A stretch of 64,000 bases of DNA from Selaginella moellendorffii. Lineage: Eukaryota; Plantae; Lycopodiophyta. The stretch spans positions 2,029,549 to 2,093,548 of the forward strand of contig NW_003314280.1 of the NCBI RefSeq assembly GCF_000143415.4, written 5' to 3'. The notes under the pieces were generated by a model. It saw only the letters and a list, made by a program, of their open reading frames with translations, did not search any database and was not told the origin of the DNA. Position numbers and translations under genes: made by a program. Shown here one piece after another: positions 51,401-61,790 of the stretch (within the stretch, counting starts at the first letter, position 1; each line of letters opens with the position of its first letter).

Positions 51401-53390
51401 GTTGTGATAATCGACCACTTGAAACGTTTCCATCCAGCCTGCCTTCGCTCATGTCATCTATTGTTTCCACCGCCACTGCTGTCGAAGGATCTTGCAAGTT
51501 CTCCTCGTTACAATCTTTCAATGTTATAGCTGGTACCTCTGAGATGTTGGCGGAATTGAAATGCAAGTCTAGTGCTGCCGCGATATCCCCGCCTCCCTTT
51601 TCTAGTAAAGCCAACGCTGAAGGTTCAGACACCTCTAACATGGTGACTAGCTGCTTCACCTTTTGATCAGTTGTCGTTCCAGAGCTCCTACTTTCTGTTG
51701 CTTCGGACGACGCGGATTCTTTCTTGAAGAACGAAAGAAGAGACCTTTGGCCGCTGATTAATGAGTTCTTCGTCTTACTTTTAGATCCTCTAGACTTGTT
51801 TGTAGTTGGAACTTTCGTTGGTCTACCGGGAGGCGGTGTTGCTGGAGGATGCTTCGGCCCTTTAGCACTCTGAGAACTACAGGATCTCAGAGTGATCGTT
51901 GTGCCTGTGTCCTTCCGTTCTGGTGAAGCTTGCTGTTTGCAAAAAAGAGCCACCGCGGCATTAAGGTCTCCCGATGCTTCCAAGAGCAGCTTCTCAATCT
52001 GTGTATCCGAGACCGACTCAGGCAGGACGCTCTTTAGCTGCATTTTCGTCTCGATATTCTCGTTGCTTATATCGTTGCTTCCATCGTTCTGCTCAAAATC
52101 TTCCCTGCTCCTCCTCCTGGCATTACGTCCAAAGGCAGTCAGATGCTCGCTGCAATCCTCGTTTTCTACCTCCGGTGTTTTATTCGTCGCTTTCCTGTTA
52201 AAGCCTTTAAGGAACTTCCTCTTGCTTCCAGTCTCGTCCACGAGATTACGAAAGTGTTTCTTCATAGCGTCCGCGGTCTTGCTGTCCATGCCTTTGTCAT
52301 CAAGCCCGACCGTCGGAAAGACTTCTCTTGGCCTTAAGAATCCCACGTACTCCCTCAGCTCTTCATAGTTAGAATGCTCGCTGTATGGCACCAGATGAAT
52401 TTCCAGTGAGCCCCTTTTCCTCACTGGAAAAGTTGCCTCGTGCGTCCAGCCCGTTGGAACGAAACCAACCACACGATCAACCTTGTTTTCCAGGCACAAC
52501 ATCTCCATATTGCTGAAGTTGGGACGGAAGAACGGCCAAGTCTCCCCAAGAACATTCCAGCCTACGACATGCACGGAGCTCCGTGCTTGATCGGTCGTGA
52601 AGCAAAGCATTGCCTGCTCTCCCAAATCCAAGCACTTGAGCAACGCGAGCTTCTTCTCGTTCACGTAAATCATGCACTTGCACCTCTCAGCCACGGCCAA
52701 CAAAATCTTCTCCTTCCCAATCACGTACGTGGATATCAGGAACAGCGTGCGCTGCTGGCTTCTCTCCTCTTGCAGCATCATCCTCTCGATGGTCTCTGCG
52801 ATATAGCTGATTGACTCTTCCTGTGCTGGAAACACGAACTTTGGATTGCAGTAAGTGGTGTCCAGGAACACGGCATCGGCTCCAACAAAGTTGCAAAGCG
52901 AGGCATCCTCCTTCATCACCGGCGTAAACCTCATATCCCCCGTATGAACAAACCGAGTTCCGTGCTCGGGGACCTCCACCAAGAACTGCACAGCCCCGGG
53001 GCAATGATTCGCATCCACCAGCGTCACTTGGCACTCGTCAATCCAGATCACAGAGTTCATCGCAAGCTCCACCACGAAATCCCGGCGAACACCCAGCGCC
53101 CCCACCACCAAGTGCCCGGTCACCTGCGAGCAGAAGATCATCCCCTTGTCCCACGACGGCGCCAGCCCGGCGTAGTGATCGCCGTGGAAGTGCGTGAGGA
53201 AATACGCCCTGGACCAGTCCCCAGCACACTGCGCCCCGAGTCCATCCACCACGAATCGAGTACCTGGAATGCGCTTGTGGAAGGGAAAATCCGATGGAAA
53301 TCTCGAATAGCTGTGGCCGCCGCCGCCGCTGGCGCCATCGCCGCTGGCGCTCGCGCGGCGCCAGAGATCGAGCGAGGAGAGCGCTACCAT
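48487..53390 (-). CDS. LIG6: DNA ligase 6 (SNM1-type metallo-beta-lactamase/beta-CASP domain fused to an ATP-dependent ligase)
   Basis: THFHGDHYAG, DANHCPGA, HTGDMR and VPYSEHS in the large first exon; ligase motifs PMLAK, EFKYDG, LKRDYVEG, GAWYGNGRK and GISLRFPRF in later exons. Confidence 0.93.
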
Positions 53391-53413
53391 AGACGTCGCT
53401 AGGGCAACTTCAT

Positions 53414-53441
53414 AAACCCTAACTTTTGAAAGTTTCCCGCC
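53414..53441. promoter_or_regulatory. Telo-box and E2F site in the LIG6 proximal promoter
   Basis: AAACCCTAA at 53414-53422 and TTTCCCGCC at 53433-53441, within about 50 bp of the ATG. Confidence 0.6.
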
Positions 53442-53490
53442 ATTAGGGTAACTCTATAAGTTTTGAGTCAGTTTAGTGTTTGAAAAAGTT

Positions 53491-55446
53491 CTACAATCGA
53501 TTGCGAAGCTCGCGATGGTGCTTCACGAGATTGATCTTGCCATCCAGGAAAACGTCCCGCGAGATGGTGCCGGAGCTATGGTACCCACCCACACCGTCGA
53601 AGACGATGAGGTACCTCAGCGCGACACTCTTCTCGTGCTCCTTTGGGATGACATAGTAATGGCTGAGGCTCACCGGCGCGAACACCTCAATCACCCCAAC
53701 GCACGACGTCCCAGTGCCAAATCTCCCATACCCAGCCCCACTCCCGCCGACGCTGCAGTAGCCCCGGGACATCGCGAGTGTAGTGGCTGCATAGATTCCC
53801 ATCCCGGACGCCGCCCCGGTCGACATGTAGCGCGTGTTGCTCATGGATCGCACGCCGTTGCGGAGAATCGAGTACCAGTTATAAGTCGGGCTGCCGTGAA
53901 ACGCAAAGAACGAGGCCGTGGAGGAGTCTAGAACCGCCTCCTGCTCGGGCGTGTCGTAGAGCACCACAAATTGGTCCGAGCACGCAATGGGCAGCCGCTC
54001 CTGTTCGCCCAGATGCCGCAAGCTCAGCCGGTCCGTGGCGAGGCAGAAGCGCAGGAGCTTGAGCGGGAGCCTCTCCGGTTTGCCAGCCGCCGCGCACCGC
54101 TGCCACTCCTCCTCCAGCAGCGCCACCACCTCGGCCTCGCTCGAGCACTGCGCCAGGCGCTCCACTGGCGGCACCGTCTCGAGCGCCTGGGACACCAGCC
54201 CGACCATCTTGTTGGCGAAGTTGGGGGACTTGTTCATGGATCCAAACCAGCCGTTGCTCTCCCGTAGCTCCCTCTCCTTGAGCATGAAGCTCGGGAATGG
54301 CTCCAGCACGTCCCGGGTCGTGGACAGCGACGCGAACTTCATGAACGCCACCTCCAGCTCCACCACCGCCGGGCTCGCGCGCACGGCTTCCAGGACGTTG
54401 GATCCCAGCCCGGTCTCCTGGCACGTAAACTGGCACAGATCGTTGCTGCACGGCTGGACCTTGAACGTCGAGGCCGGGAGGAGCCTGTAGCAGAACGGGC
54501 AGCTCTCCCACAGCATATCCAGCTGCAGCGCCATGAAGGAGACGAGGCCGAGCACCGGGTTCTCGCGCGCCGCCGCCTGCTGGAGCTGGCAGCTCATGAT
54601 ATAGTTGCTCCACTCGCCTCGGCTGCCCAGGCAGTAGAAGTCACAGAACACTCTCACCAGGTCGGGGAGCATCGTCGAGAGCGCGTACGAGGCCTTCTCC
54701 GCCTTGAGCTCGCCGCCCTGCGTCACCTCTACGCTCCGAGGATAGAAGCTCTTCTTGGGAGCCAGCCGCGCGTTCCCCCACACCGACTCAAACTTGAGAA
54801 GGATCTCCAGCGGCTTCTCCGTGACGAGGCCGTAGGCGTGGGCGATCCTGGCGTTGAGAAGACCGATCCGGAGCGCCACCTTGATGCCAATCTCCACCGC
54901 CACCCTGCAGTGCTTGAGCGCCGGGTCCGCCTCGCAGGCGCTCGCCGCTGCCACCGCCAGGCCGTATAGAGAGCTCGGGGACCGGGAGAAGAACTCCGAG
55001 TTCTCGTCCACGAAGTCCTCGCCCTCGAAGATCCCAACCCTGTCCTCGTCGTCCTCGTCGTCCTCGTCACCGCCACCATCGTCGTCCGCCACCTTTTGCC
55101 TCTTCCTCCTCGCGTCCAAACCCATGATCGTGGCCAGTAGCATGTCTAGAACCGTGTGGAGCTTGGCCGGTGCCAAATCCTGGAGCTTCGAGTTGAGATC
55201 TCCCAAGAGGTCCTCGAGCTCGTCGGCCACCTCCACCCCGATCACCAGCGCCGCCGGCATCATCACCACCATTTGCATACTCCCAATCTCCACGGCCACC
55301 GAGTACTCGCTGCCATGGTTCTCGGCTATTCTTACGTTGCAGTGGATCGCGTCCAGCTCCTGCTGGTTCCGTGACGTCCAATCGCTCAGCCACTCTTGAG
55401 CCATCCAAAAACCTTTAAACCCTAGAAGTTCAGCAAATTTGACCAT
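53491..55446 (-). CDS. PARP6/PARP8-like (clade 6) mono-ADP-ribosyltransferase, intronless; alternative start at 55404
   Basis: FAFHGSPTYNWYSILRNG, GAASGMGIYAA...SRGY and HYYVIP...VALRYLIVF motifs, with an upstream CxxC...C...C cluster (CPFC...PCSNDLCQF). Confidence 0.82.
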   Translation of the reverse strand: MVKFAELLGFKGFWMAQEWLSDWTSRNQQELDAIHCNVRIAENHGSEYSVAVEIGSMQMVVMMPAALVIGVEVADELEDLLGDLNSKLQDLAPAKLHTVLDMLLATIMGLDARRKRQKVADDDGGGDEDDEDDEDRVGIFEGEDFVDENSEFFSRSPSSLYGLAVAAASACEADPALKHCRVAVEIGIKVALRIGLLNARIAHAYGLVTEKPLEILLKFESVWGNARLAPKKSFYPRSVEVTQGGELKAEKASYALSTMLPDLVRVFCDFYCLGSRGEWSNYIMSCQLQQAAARENPVLGLVSFMALQLDMLWESCPFCYRLLPASTFKVQPCSNDLCQFTCQETGLGSNVLEAVRASPAVVELEVAFMKFASLSTTRDVLEPFPSFMLKERELRESNGWFGSMNKSPNFANKMVGLVSQALETVPPVERLAQCSSEAEVVALLEEEWQRCAAAGKPERLPLKLLRFCLATDRLSLRHLGEQERLPIACSDQFVVLYDTPEQEAVLDSSTASFFAFHGSPTYNWYSILRNGVRSMSNTRYMSTGAASGMGIYAATTLAMSRGYCSVGGSGAGYGRFGTGTSCVGVIEVFAPVSLSHYYVIPKEHEKSVALRYLIVFDGVGGYHSSGTISRDVFLDGKINLVKHHRELRNRL

Positions 55447-55454
55447 TATTCTCG

Positions 55455-56221
55455 TCAGCGCACACTGGATCTCATGCTAAAGTCGATGGTGTTGAAGCAA
55501 AATGGATGCCCGATCACTGCGTTCCTGCGCACGATCTCTTCGTGTTGAAGAGAAAAAGCAAAGCAAAGACGCAAGCTTACTGGCGAGGGCCGTAGATTTT
55601 GATCTGCCGGATGTGAGTGTCTCTTCCGTTTTGATGATTCGAGAGCACGGCCAATTGGACTAGAAAAGCTCGCAGGTATTCCCTGAAGAACACAGAATCC
55701 CAAATCTAGAAGAAGAAGAATGGCGGAGAGAAAGATTTCTTACTTGGAGTCTGTGGGACACAACGAGACTTTCACCCATCCAACTGGCTCCGCGAGCTCC
55801 ACCATTTTGATCTCCTTGGAAGAGGAAGAGAAAAGAGAGATTTTGTTGACACAGTCGAGACGAAGAACGAAAAGTAAACATACCCTCAAGTCATAGAAAG
55901 AATTTCCAGTGCGCACCGAGATCTTGTTGGGCGTGTAGCTCTCATCCAGCTTGAAATCCACGTAAATCGCCAGCAGCTGCAAGCGCACCTTCTTCTGGAA
56001 CTGGATGTTCACCAAATGCGGCTGCGCGCCATCGGATCTAAGAACCCCAGCGATCAGAGACGGGGAAAATGCGCAAGAACACAATACCCCTACTGCCAGT
56101 AGGTCTCCAGGCTCGCATCGCGCAGCAGATCGACGCCATTCCCGGGCTTGGCGGAGCTCACGCTCCACACAGCCAGCTTCCCGATCTCCCGCCGCTCGCC
56201 TTCGTCCTCGTCCTGCTGCAT
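55455..56221 (-). CDS. APC10: Anaphase-promoting complex subunit 10 (DOC domain)
   Basis: [45 protein letters not shown] and [17 protein letters not shown] motifs; C-terminal VR tail. Confidence 0.93.
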
Positions 56222-56282
56222 TAAGCGCCGGATCTTTTTAGGGTTCTTGCGGATCTTTAGGGTTCTTGGAGGAGGAGCAGCG

Positions 56283-56963
56283 ATGGTGTGCATCCGGCAG
56301 GCGACAGTGGACGATCTCCTGGCGATGCAGAGCTGCAATCTTATGTGCCTGCCGGAGAATTACCAGATGAAGTACTACTTCTACCACATTCTCTCGTGGC
56401 CGCAGCTCCTCTACGTGGCCGAGGACAACAAGAAGATCGTCGGGTACGTCCTGGCCAAGATGGAGGAGGAGAGCTCCGAGTGCCACGGCCACATCACGTC
56501 GCTGGCGGTGCTGCGCACGCACCGCAAGCTAGGGCTGGCCACCAAGCTCATGAGCGCCGCGCAGCGCGCGATGCAGGAGGTTTTCGGGGCCGACTACGTC
56601 TCGCTCCACGTCCGTAAGAGCAACCGCGCGGCATTCCACCTCTACACCGAGACGCTGGGCTACAAGATCAACGACATCGAGGCCAAGTACTACGCGGATA
56701 GCGAGGACGCCTACGACATGCGCAACATGTTCCACAAGCCCGGCAAGAGCAAGGCCGCGGCGCTCAAGGACAAGGACTCTGGCGGGAAGAAGCCATCGCC
56801 CACTTCGGTCGAGAAGGAGAAGGAGAAGGAGAAGGAGAAGGAGAAGGCGTCCAAGGCGCCCTTGGAGAAGAAGCCACACTCCAAGGACAAAGACAAGGAT
56901 CCGGAAGGAGGAGGGGCGCCGACCAACACGAATTCGCGAAGAGGTCTCAAGGCTGTAGATTGA
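56283..56963 (+). CDS. NAA10: NatA N-terminal acetyltransferase catalytic subunit (ARD1), intronless
   Basis: MVCIRQAT...[33 protein letters not shown]...LGLATKLM and [13 protein letters not shown] motifs. Confidence 0.95.
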   Translation: MVCIRQATVDDLLAMQSCNLMCLPENYQMKYYFYHILSWPQLLYVAEDNKKIVGYVLAKMEEESSECHGHITSLAVLRTHRKLGLATKLMSAAQRAMQEVFGADYVSLHVRKSNRAAFHLYTETLGYKINDIEAKYYADSEDAYDMRNMFHKPGKSKAAALKDKDSGGKKPSPTSVEKEKEKEKEKEKASKAPLEKKPHSKDKDKDPEGGGAPTNTNSRRGLKAVD

Positions 56964-57150
56964 TAAACGAGGAGCTCGAGAGCTCAGTGAGCTTGGAGCT
57001 TGGAGCTTGGAGTACAAGGTATTTTTTTTATTTGATCTCTCATTCTCACAGCCGAGCTCGCGCAAAACACACACAACACTCCAGAAACTTACTTCTATTC
57101 GTCACACTCCATGGCTGGCCGGGGCTTATTCATCCTCCATCCACCACCTT

Positions 57151-58509
57151 CTATGCCTGGGAATCACACCTCCTGGTCGCAGGATTATACATCTTCGGCA
57201 CCAGGAACTGCCGCTTGCGATAGCCGAAGACGTTGAAGCTGGCTCCGGTGGTCTTGTTCCGCAGCAAGTCGTCCGGGAGAGCCTTCCTGTCCTTGCAGAA
57301 GCCCACGGCCTCGCTCATCACATTCTTCCCCTGGAGCGAGTAGTATCCGTTCAAGAACGGATTCGTGGCCACCGACGACAGCATCTCGGCAATGTTGACG
57401 ATCATACCATCGATCCCGACGTCCCCGTTTGGCGGAACGAGCCCCTTGACTTGCTGCGGCGGCGGTGGCGGCTTCTTTCCTTCTTTCTTTGGCGGCGGCA
57501 CGGGCTTCGGCTTGGAGCTCCCGAAAGGCCAGCTACAAGTTGCCGGGCATCGCTTCTCGGTGTTGGCGATCCAAGCGTAAGCAAGGCCTTTTCGGTCGGT
57601 GGCGGACTGGGGAACCACGAACGAGTGCTGTCCGCAAAACTGCTTGCACAGGCCTTTCACTTTGACGTCGTCCGCGAGGAGCAGTAGATAGATTCCCTGG
57701 GGATCGGTCGGGAAGTGGCCCAGCAAGCGCAGGATCATCGTCTCAATCTGCGTCAAGTTGAGCTCCTTTCCCATGGAGTAGGACTTGTCTCGGACCTCCC
57801 GTCCCCGCCTCACGAGTCGTCCCACGGTAGCGCCCTTCCGGTTGACGTAGCTTTTTGTTATCTCCCACCATCGTGCGACCGTCGGAGACGCTGGAGGCCT
57901 CTCGGACTTGAATGCTGGCTGATGCTCGGGTAACGGCGATGGCCTTGGTGGCTTCGGTGGAGACTTCTTCGGTGGTAGTGGCAGCGGTAGCGATGGAGGT
58001 GGCGGAGAAGGCGGAGGTGGAGATAGCGGTGGTGGAGAAGGTGGAGGAGGAGACGGAGGTGGTGGAGAAGGTGGTGGCGGAGGTGGAGGTGGGGAGGGAG
58101 GTGGTGGTGGTGGTGGCGATTTATTCGACTTTGGAGGATTCTTTAGTGACGGAGGCGGTGGTGGAGGTGGAGAAGGAGGTGGCGGTGATGGCGGCGGCGG
58201 CGGTGGTGGCGATTTGAGTGGCTTTGGCAGCGGCGGCGGTAGCTTCTTCTCTTGCGACTGGAAGGACCTGAGGAAGGACCTGATAGTTCTTCTCTGCGCC
58301 TTTGTGAAGTTGCCGTAGAACGTCACGTAAATGGAGATGGTGTTGTTCTGGCCGACCAGGATGGGTCCATCGTGAAATGAGAGGCCGCTGGGGCCTTTCA
58401 CTCGGCCAATCGGCTGAGCCTTGAGCTTGCTGCTATCCCATGGCGAGGCGGCCGCTATCTGGACAAGAGCCGGGAGTACGCATGCCAGATACAAGAGCAG
58501 GCTCGTCAT
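57151..58509 (-). CDS. EXORDIUM-like (Phi-1) secreted protein with an extensin-like Ser-Pro(n) insertion
   Basis: Signal peptide MTSLLLYLACV, LSFHDGPIL, PTVARWW and PPNGDVGIDGMIVNIA...ATNPF motifs; ~115-aa SPPPP-rich block. Confidence 0.88.
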   Translation of the reverse strand: MTSLLLYLACVLPALVQIAAASPWDSSKLKAQPIGRVKGPSGLSFHDGPILVGQNNTISIYVTFYGNFTKAQRRTIRSFLRSFQSQEKKLPPPLPKPLKSPPPPPPPSPPPPSPPPPPPPSLKNPPKSNKSPPPPPPPSPPPPPPPPSPPPPSPPPPSPPPLSPPPPSPPPPSLPLPLPPKKSPPKPPRPSPLPEHQPAFKSERPPASPTVARWWEITKSYVNRKGATVGRLVRRGREVRDKSYSMGKELNLTQIETMILRLLGHFPTDPQGIYLLLLADDVKVKGLCKQFCGQHSFVVPQSATDRKGLAYAWIANTEKRCPATCSWPFGSSKPKPVPPPKKEGKKPPPPPQQVKGLVPPNGDVGIDGMIVNIAEMLSSVATNPFLNGYYSLQGKNVMSEAVGFCKDRKALPDDLLRNKTTGASFNVFGYRKRQFLVPKMYNPATRRCDSQA

Positions 58510-59945
58510 CCTTTTGCTGGCATGAGAGCATCCCTCCTTTCTAGTAGTCCACTTAGCATCCTTGTCAGCTTGCCGTTCACAAGCTCGTTGCGGAGTAACT
58601 GTCAAACGGTAGTTACGGGTAGCGGGACCAAGGAAAAAACAGAAAAAAAATTGCAAGCAGCTATAAAAACTCACATTTCAGATGTTGTGAAACAATCTCG
58701 GACTTCTTCCATCCGATGCTCTGCAGTGTGGCGCTGATTGAATCGTCCAACCGGAGCAGCTGAGGTGGGATAACAGTCTCCACACAAATCGTAGCCAACT
58801 TTCTCTGGACAGTCTATACATTTGTATCTTGAACCGATAATTGGCAAGACCTGCGAGCGACTGTCAGTCCATGCCAACTTCCGATGTAAAATCTAAGAAG
58901 CTTACCCCACAGCCATCACAACCTGCACCCCGGTGGACATGGCAAGCTTGTTTGTTGCTACCATCCTTTGATGATGCTGCGGCAATGTCAATGTTAGCGA
59001 TAGCGGCATATCAACGAAAAAGAAACGAACATGAGCGTGAGCATGTTGAGCTCGAAGCCCGGGTCGAGGCTTCCGTCGTCTCAACTTCCTTAAGCTTGTC
59101 TTCTCTTTGTTTATACTCCGCGGGAAACGTCTTCTGTATGTACTCGTTTAGCTCCAGGCAAACTTGCACTGGAAAAATCCTTTGTGGCATACCGCAAGAC
59201 GGGCACTTGGGACTTTCACCTTCGACTGGGGCCCTCAGACAGCTTTGACAAAACGCTGTGCCGAGAAAACGAACAAGTTAGAAGCAAAAATAAACAATGA
59301 CAAGGATTGATCTCACCGTGTCCGCAATTTAAGACGACTGGACGGTATATCAGCTCCTTGCAGAGCTCGCAAGGCAGGTCGGATGCCTCTATAGCTCCAT
59401 CAATGCTTTTTTCAATCACTTCTTCAGGAGAAAAGTATTCCATCTCGCTCTCCATCTCTTCAAGAACAAAAAAAGAGCTTCAAATGAGAGCATTGATAAG
59501 AGAAAGAAAAGAAACCTAAAGCGTAAGGCTAGAATGGATTGCCACTCACCTAGTATCTCTTTCCTTCGCTCCTCGTACGCCTCGCGAAATCCAGCTCCCA
59601 GCAAGCGATGGAGGAGCCCGCAAATCCTCGGGAACTGCGTGTACTCGCATCTACACATCGGGCAGCGCGAAGGGCCGGATCCATTCATCGCGTAATCGAC
59701 ACACCAGAAGCAAAAGAAATGGCCGCACGCTGCAATGGCAACAAGAGATCACAAAGAGAATCCATGGAAAGAACAAACCGACCTTGGACGATAGGTTTGA
59801 AACAAAGCTCCCTGCAAGGAAGAAAGCATGAGAAGAAATCCCCCACCGCGCAATCGAATCGATCTTACAAGCACATCGCGCACTGGAAATGCGGCCAATC
59901 CTCCAGCGCCTTGGGATCGAGTGCCGCGTAAGCGTCCATCTCCAT
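58506..59945 (-). CDS. PRT1: PRT1-like E3 ubiquitin ligase (two RING fingers plus a ZZ domain)
   Basis: FQCAMCL...KPIV, CELCKELIYRPVVLNCGH and ZZ domain HRGAGCDGCG...GSRYKCIDC...GYDLCGDC...RFNQRH. The 3' end is either 58671 (unspliced) or 58506 (last exon 58598-58506). Confidence 0.85.
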
Positions 59946-60015
59946 TCACAACCCTGCCCTAGTTTTTTGAGGACACGACTTCTTGGAATATCTGTGTTAT
60001 TCCCATTTCTTCTTC

Positions 60016-60630
60016 CTATTGGAGAAAGTAGCCACTGAGGAAGAGGATAAAGAAGAAGACGAGCGATCCATAGATGAGCAAGCTCTTCTGGCCGGATGTG
60101 AGAGTGTTGGTGCCAAATCCATAGCTCTGGTTCTCGGCGAATCCGGCCACTTCCACGCTGATGCTATTGAAGTAGGACTTGGCGGCGCCGCAAGTGGAGC
60201 ATCTCCAATCCTCGGGCAGCTGCGCGAATTCCACTCCTGGCGCGATGGGGTAGGATGGATCGCCCACGGTTTGATCGTAGACGTAGCCGCAGGAGCGGCA
60301 TTGGTGCTTGCCCAGATCGCGGACGGCGAATTTCTCCTCTGGAGATTGATTGGGATCGTTCTTGGAACTGGGGGAAGAAGATTATCGATGCTTACCTCTC
60401 CTCCGATCCACATTCTCCAGCGGCAGCGCCAAATCGATCTCGCTATCGTCCTGCTCGCTCGCTACCACATCGTTGTCCACCGCCCATCGCCGGATTGCTA
60501 CGAGGCGGGATTTCTGGAGAGGCCGGATGATCGATCGATGCGCACTAACCTGGATGATCGATCGCGATGCTGGATGGTGGGATTTGTGGACCACAGGAGT
60601 GGGAGGATGATCGAGGAGCGTGGCCGCCAT
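60016..60630 (-). CDS. RBD1: Thylakoid rubredoxin (RBD1/RubA-like), 2 exons
   Basis: Transit peptide, CRSCGYVYD...GDP...LPEDWRCSTCGA and C-terminal TM KSLLIYGSLVFFFILFLSGYFLQ. Confidence 0.92.
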
Positions 60631-60653
60631 AGCTCTCCCAGACCTCAAATCCA

Positions 60654-60694
60654 TGACGTGGCAAATGTGGTGGTCTAGCTAGTGCCACGTGGCA
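60654..60694. promoter_or_regulatory. G-box elements in the RBD1 divergent promoter
   Basis: TGACGTGGCA at 60654 and the perfect palindrome TGCCACGTGGCA at 60683-60694. Confidence 0.6.
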
Positions 60695-60752
60695 AGAGGA
60701 ATTTAGGCCAAGTGGATTAGGGTTTTTCGGGGGTTTTAGGGCTCTTCGGGCG

Positions 60753-61227
60753 ATGATAGAGAGAGATCTCCATCCAGGGCAGATCCTATGGCGGAATATA
60801 GTGACGAGAAGCAGGGATTCCAAGGCGTTCTTGGTCGGACTGATGGGAGCGTGCATTGTGGTGCCGTGGGCGGTCGCGGAAGGATTCATGTGGGGCGCCA
60901 AGCGCAACCAGGCCAAGCTCAAAGAAGAGCTCCGCCACGCGCCCTTCAATATGACAGAGGTGAGAGATTTTAGATCTAGTTTCGATCGATTTCTCGCAAA
61001 GTCTAGCTCCATTCCTTGCCGCATTCCCTCGGTCTTGTCCAGTTTTGATTGAATCCGAGAGGAATTTGTAGGAAGTGACCAGCGCGAACAAGGAGAGGAT
61101 CGAGCAGCTGTTTGACGACATCAAATACAAGCGCAATCTAAGCGATCGCTACTTGAAAGCGAAGAATCCTCCACGAACACGAGGAAAGACTACCACAGTG
61201 CCAGAGCAAGAAGATCCAAAGCTATGA
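60753..61227 (+). CDS. Small hypothetical single-TM protein (exons 60753-60959 and 61072-61227)
   Basis: A GT-AG intron joins the exons in frame. Hydrophobic AFLVGLMGACIVVPWAVA followed by a helical charged tail. Confidence 0.6.
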
Positions 61228-61292
61228 TCTTAGTACAACTTTTTGTTCTTGATAAAATGAGGGAAAAAGAAAGTTTTCCACTTTGCATCTGT

Positions 61293-61365
61293 TGGAGACA
61301 TGGGGTTTTGATCCCCAGACCTTTCGCATGCTAAGCGAATGCTCTACCAACGGAGCTCTATCCCC
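61293..61365 (-). tRNA. tRNA-Ala(AGC)
   Basis: GGGGATAGAGCTCCGTTGGTAGAGCATTCGCTTAGCATGCGAAAGGTCTGGGGATCAAAACCCCATGTCTCCA folds as a cloverleaf with anticodon AGC and G3:U70; downstream T-run terminator. Confidence 0.88.
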
Positions 61366-61790
61366 GACTCACGTACACGTGTATGCGACCATTTCCCCTC
61401 GGCCCTTTTCATCAAATCAAGGTCACTCTGTCACACACTATTTGAATTATTGTTATGAGTTCCAGCAACTGTGAGATGATATATCACACATTTTTATTTC
61501 ATGAACATGATTGCTTCACAGTCTTAGAATTCAGACTATCATTGTCACATGTCACTTGCTACATTGTCACAATGTCATGCGATAGCCATACGCATCCGCG
61601 AGAGAGGACTCCACCGTGTTGAACAGGAACTCACAGCCGTCGTATGCAAGCGTGATGCTTGGATTTCTTTCCCACAGTCTTGTAGAAATAGAAAGAACCA
61701 CTTGTCTGTAGTTTCCAAATGATCCATAGTTTATGAACATGTAAGAATGATAACAAACAATGGCCGAGAACAAAAAAGACTTCGCATGAT

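Noticed and set aside
53411-53450. Telomerase RNA template or interstitial telomere
   Set aside because: A single telomeric unit in promoter position is better explained as a telo-box.
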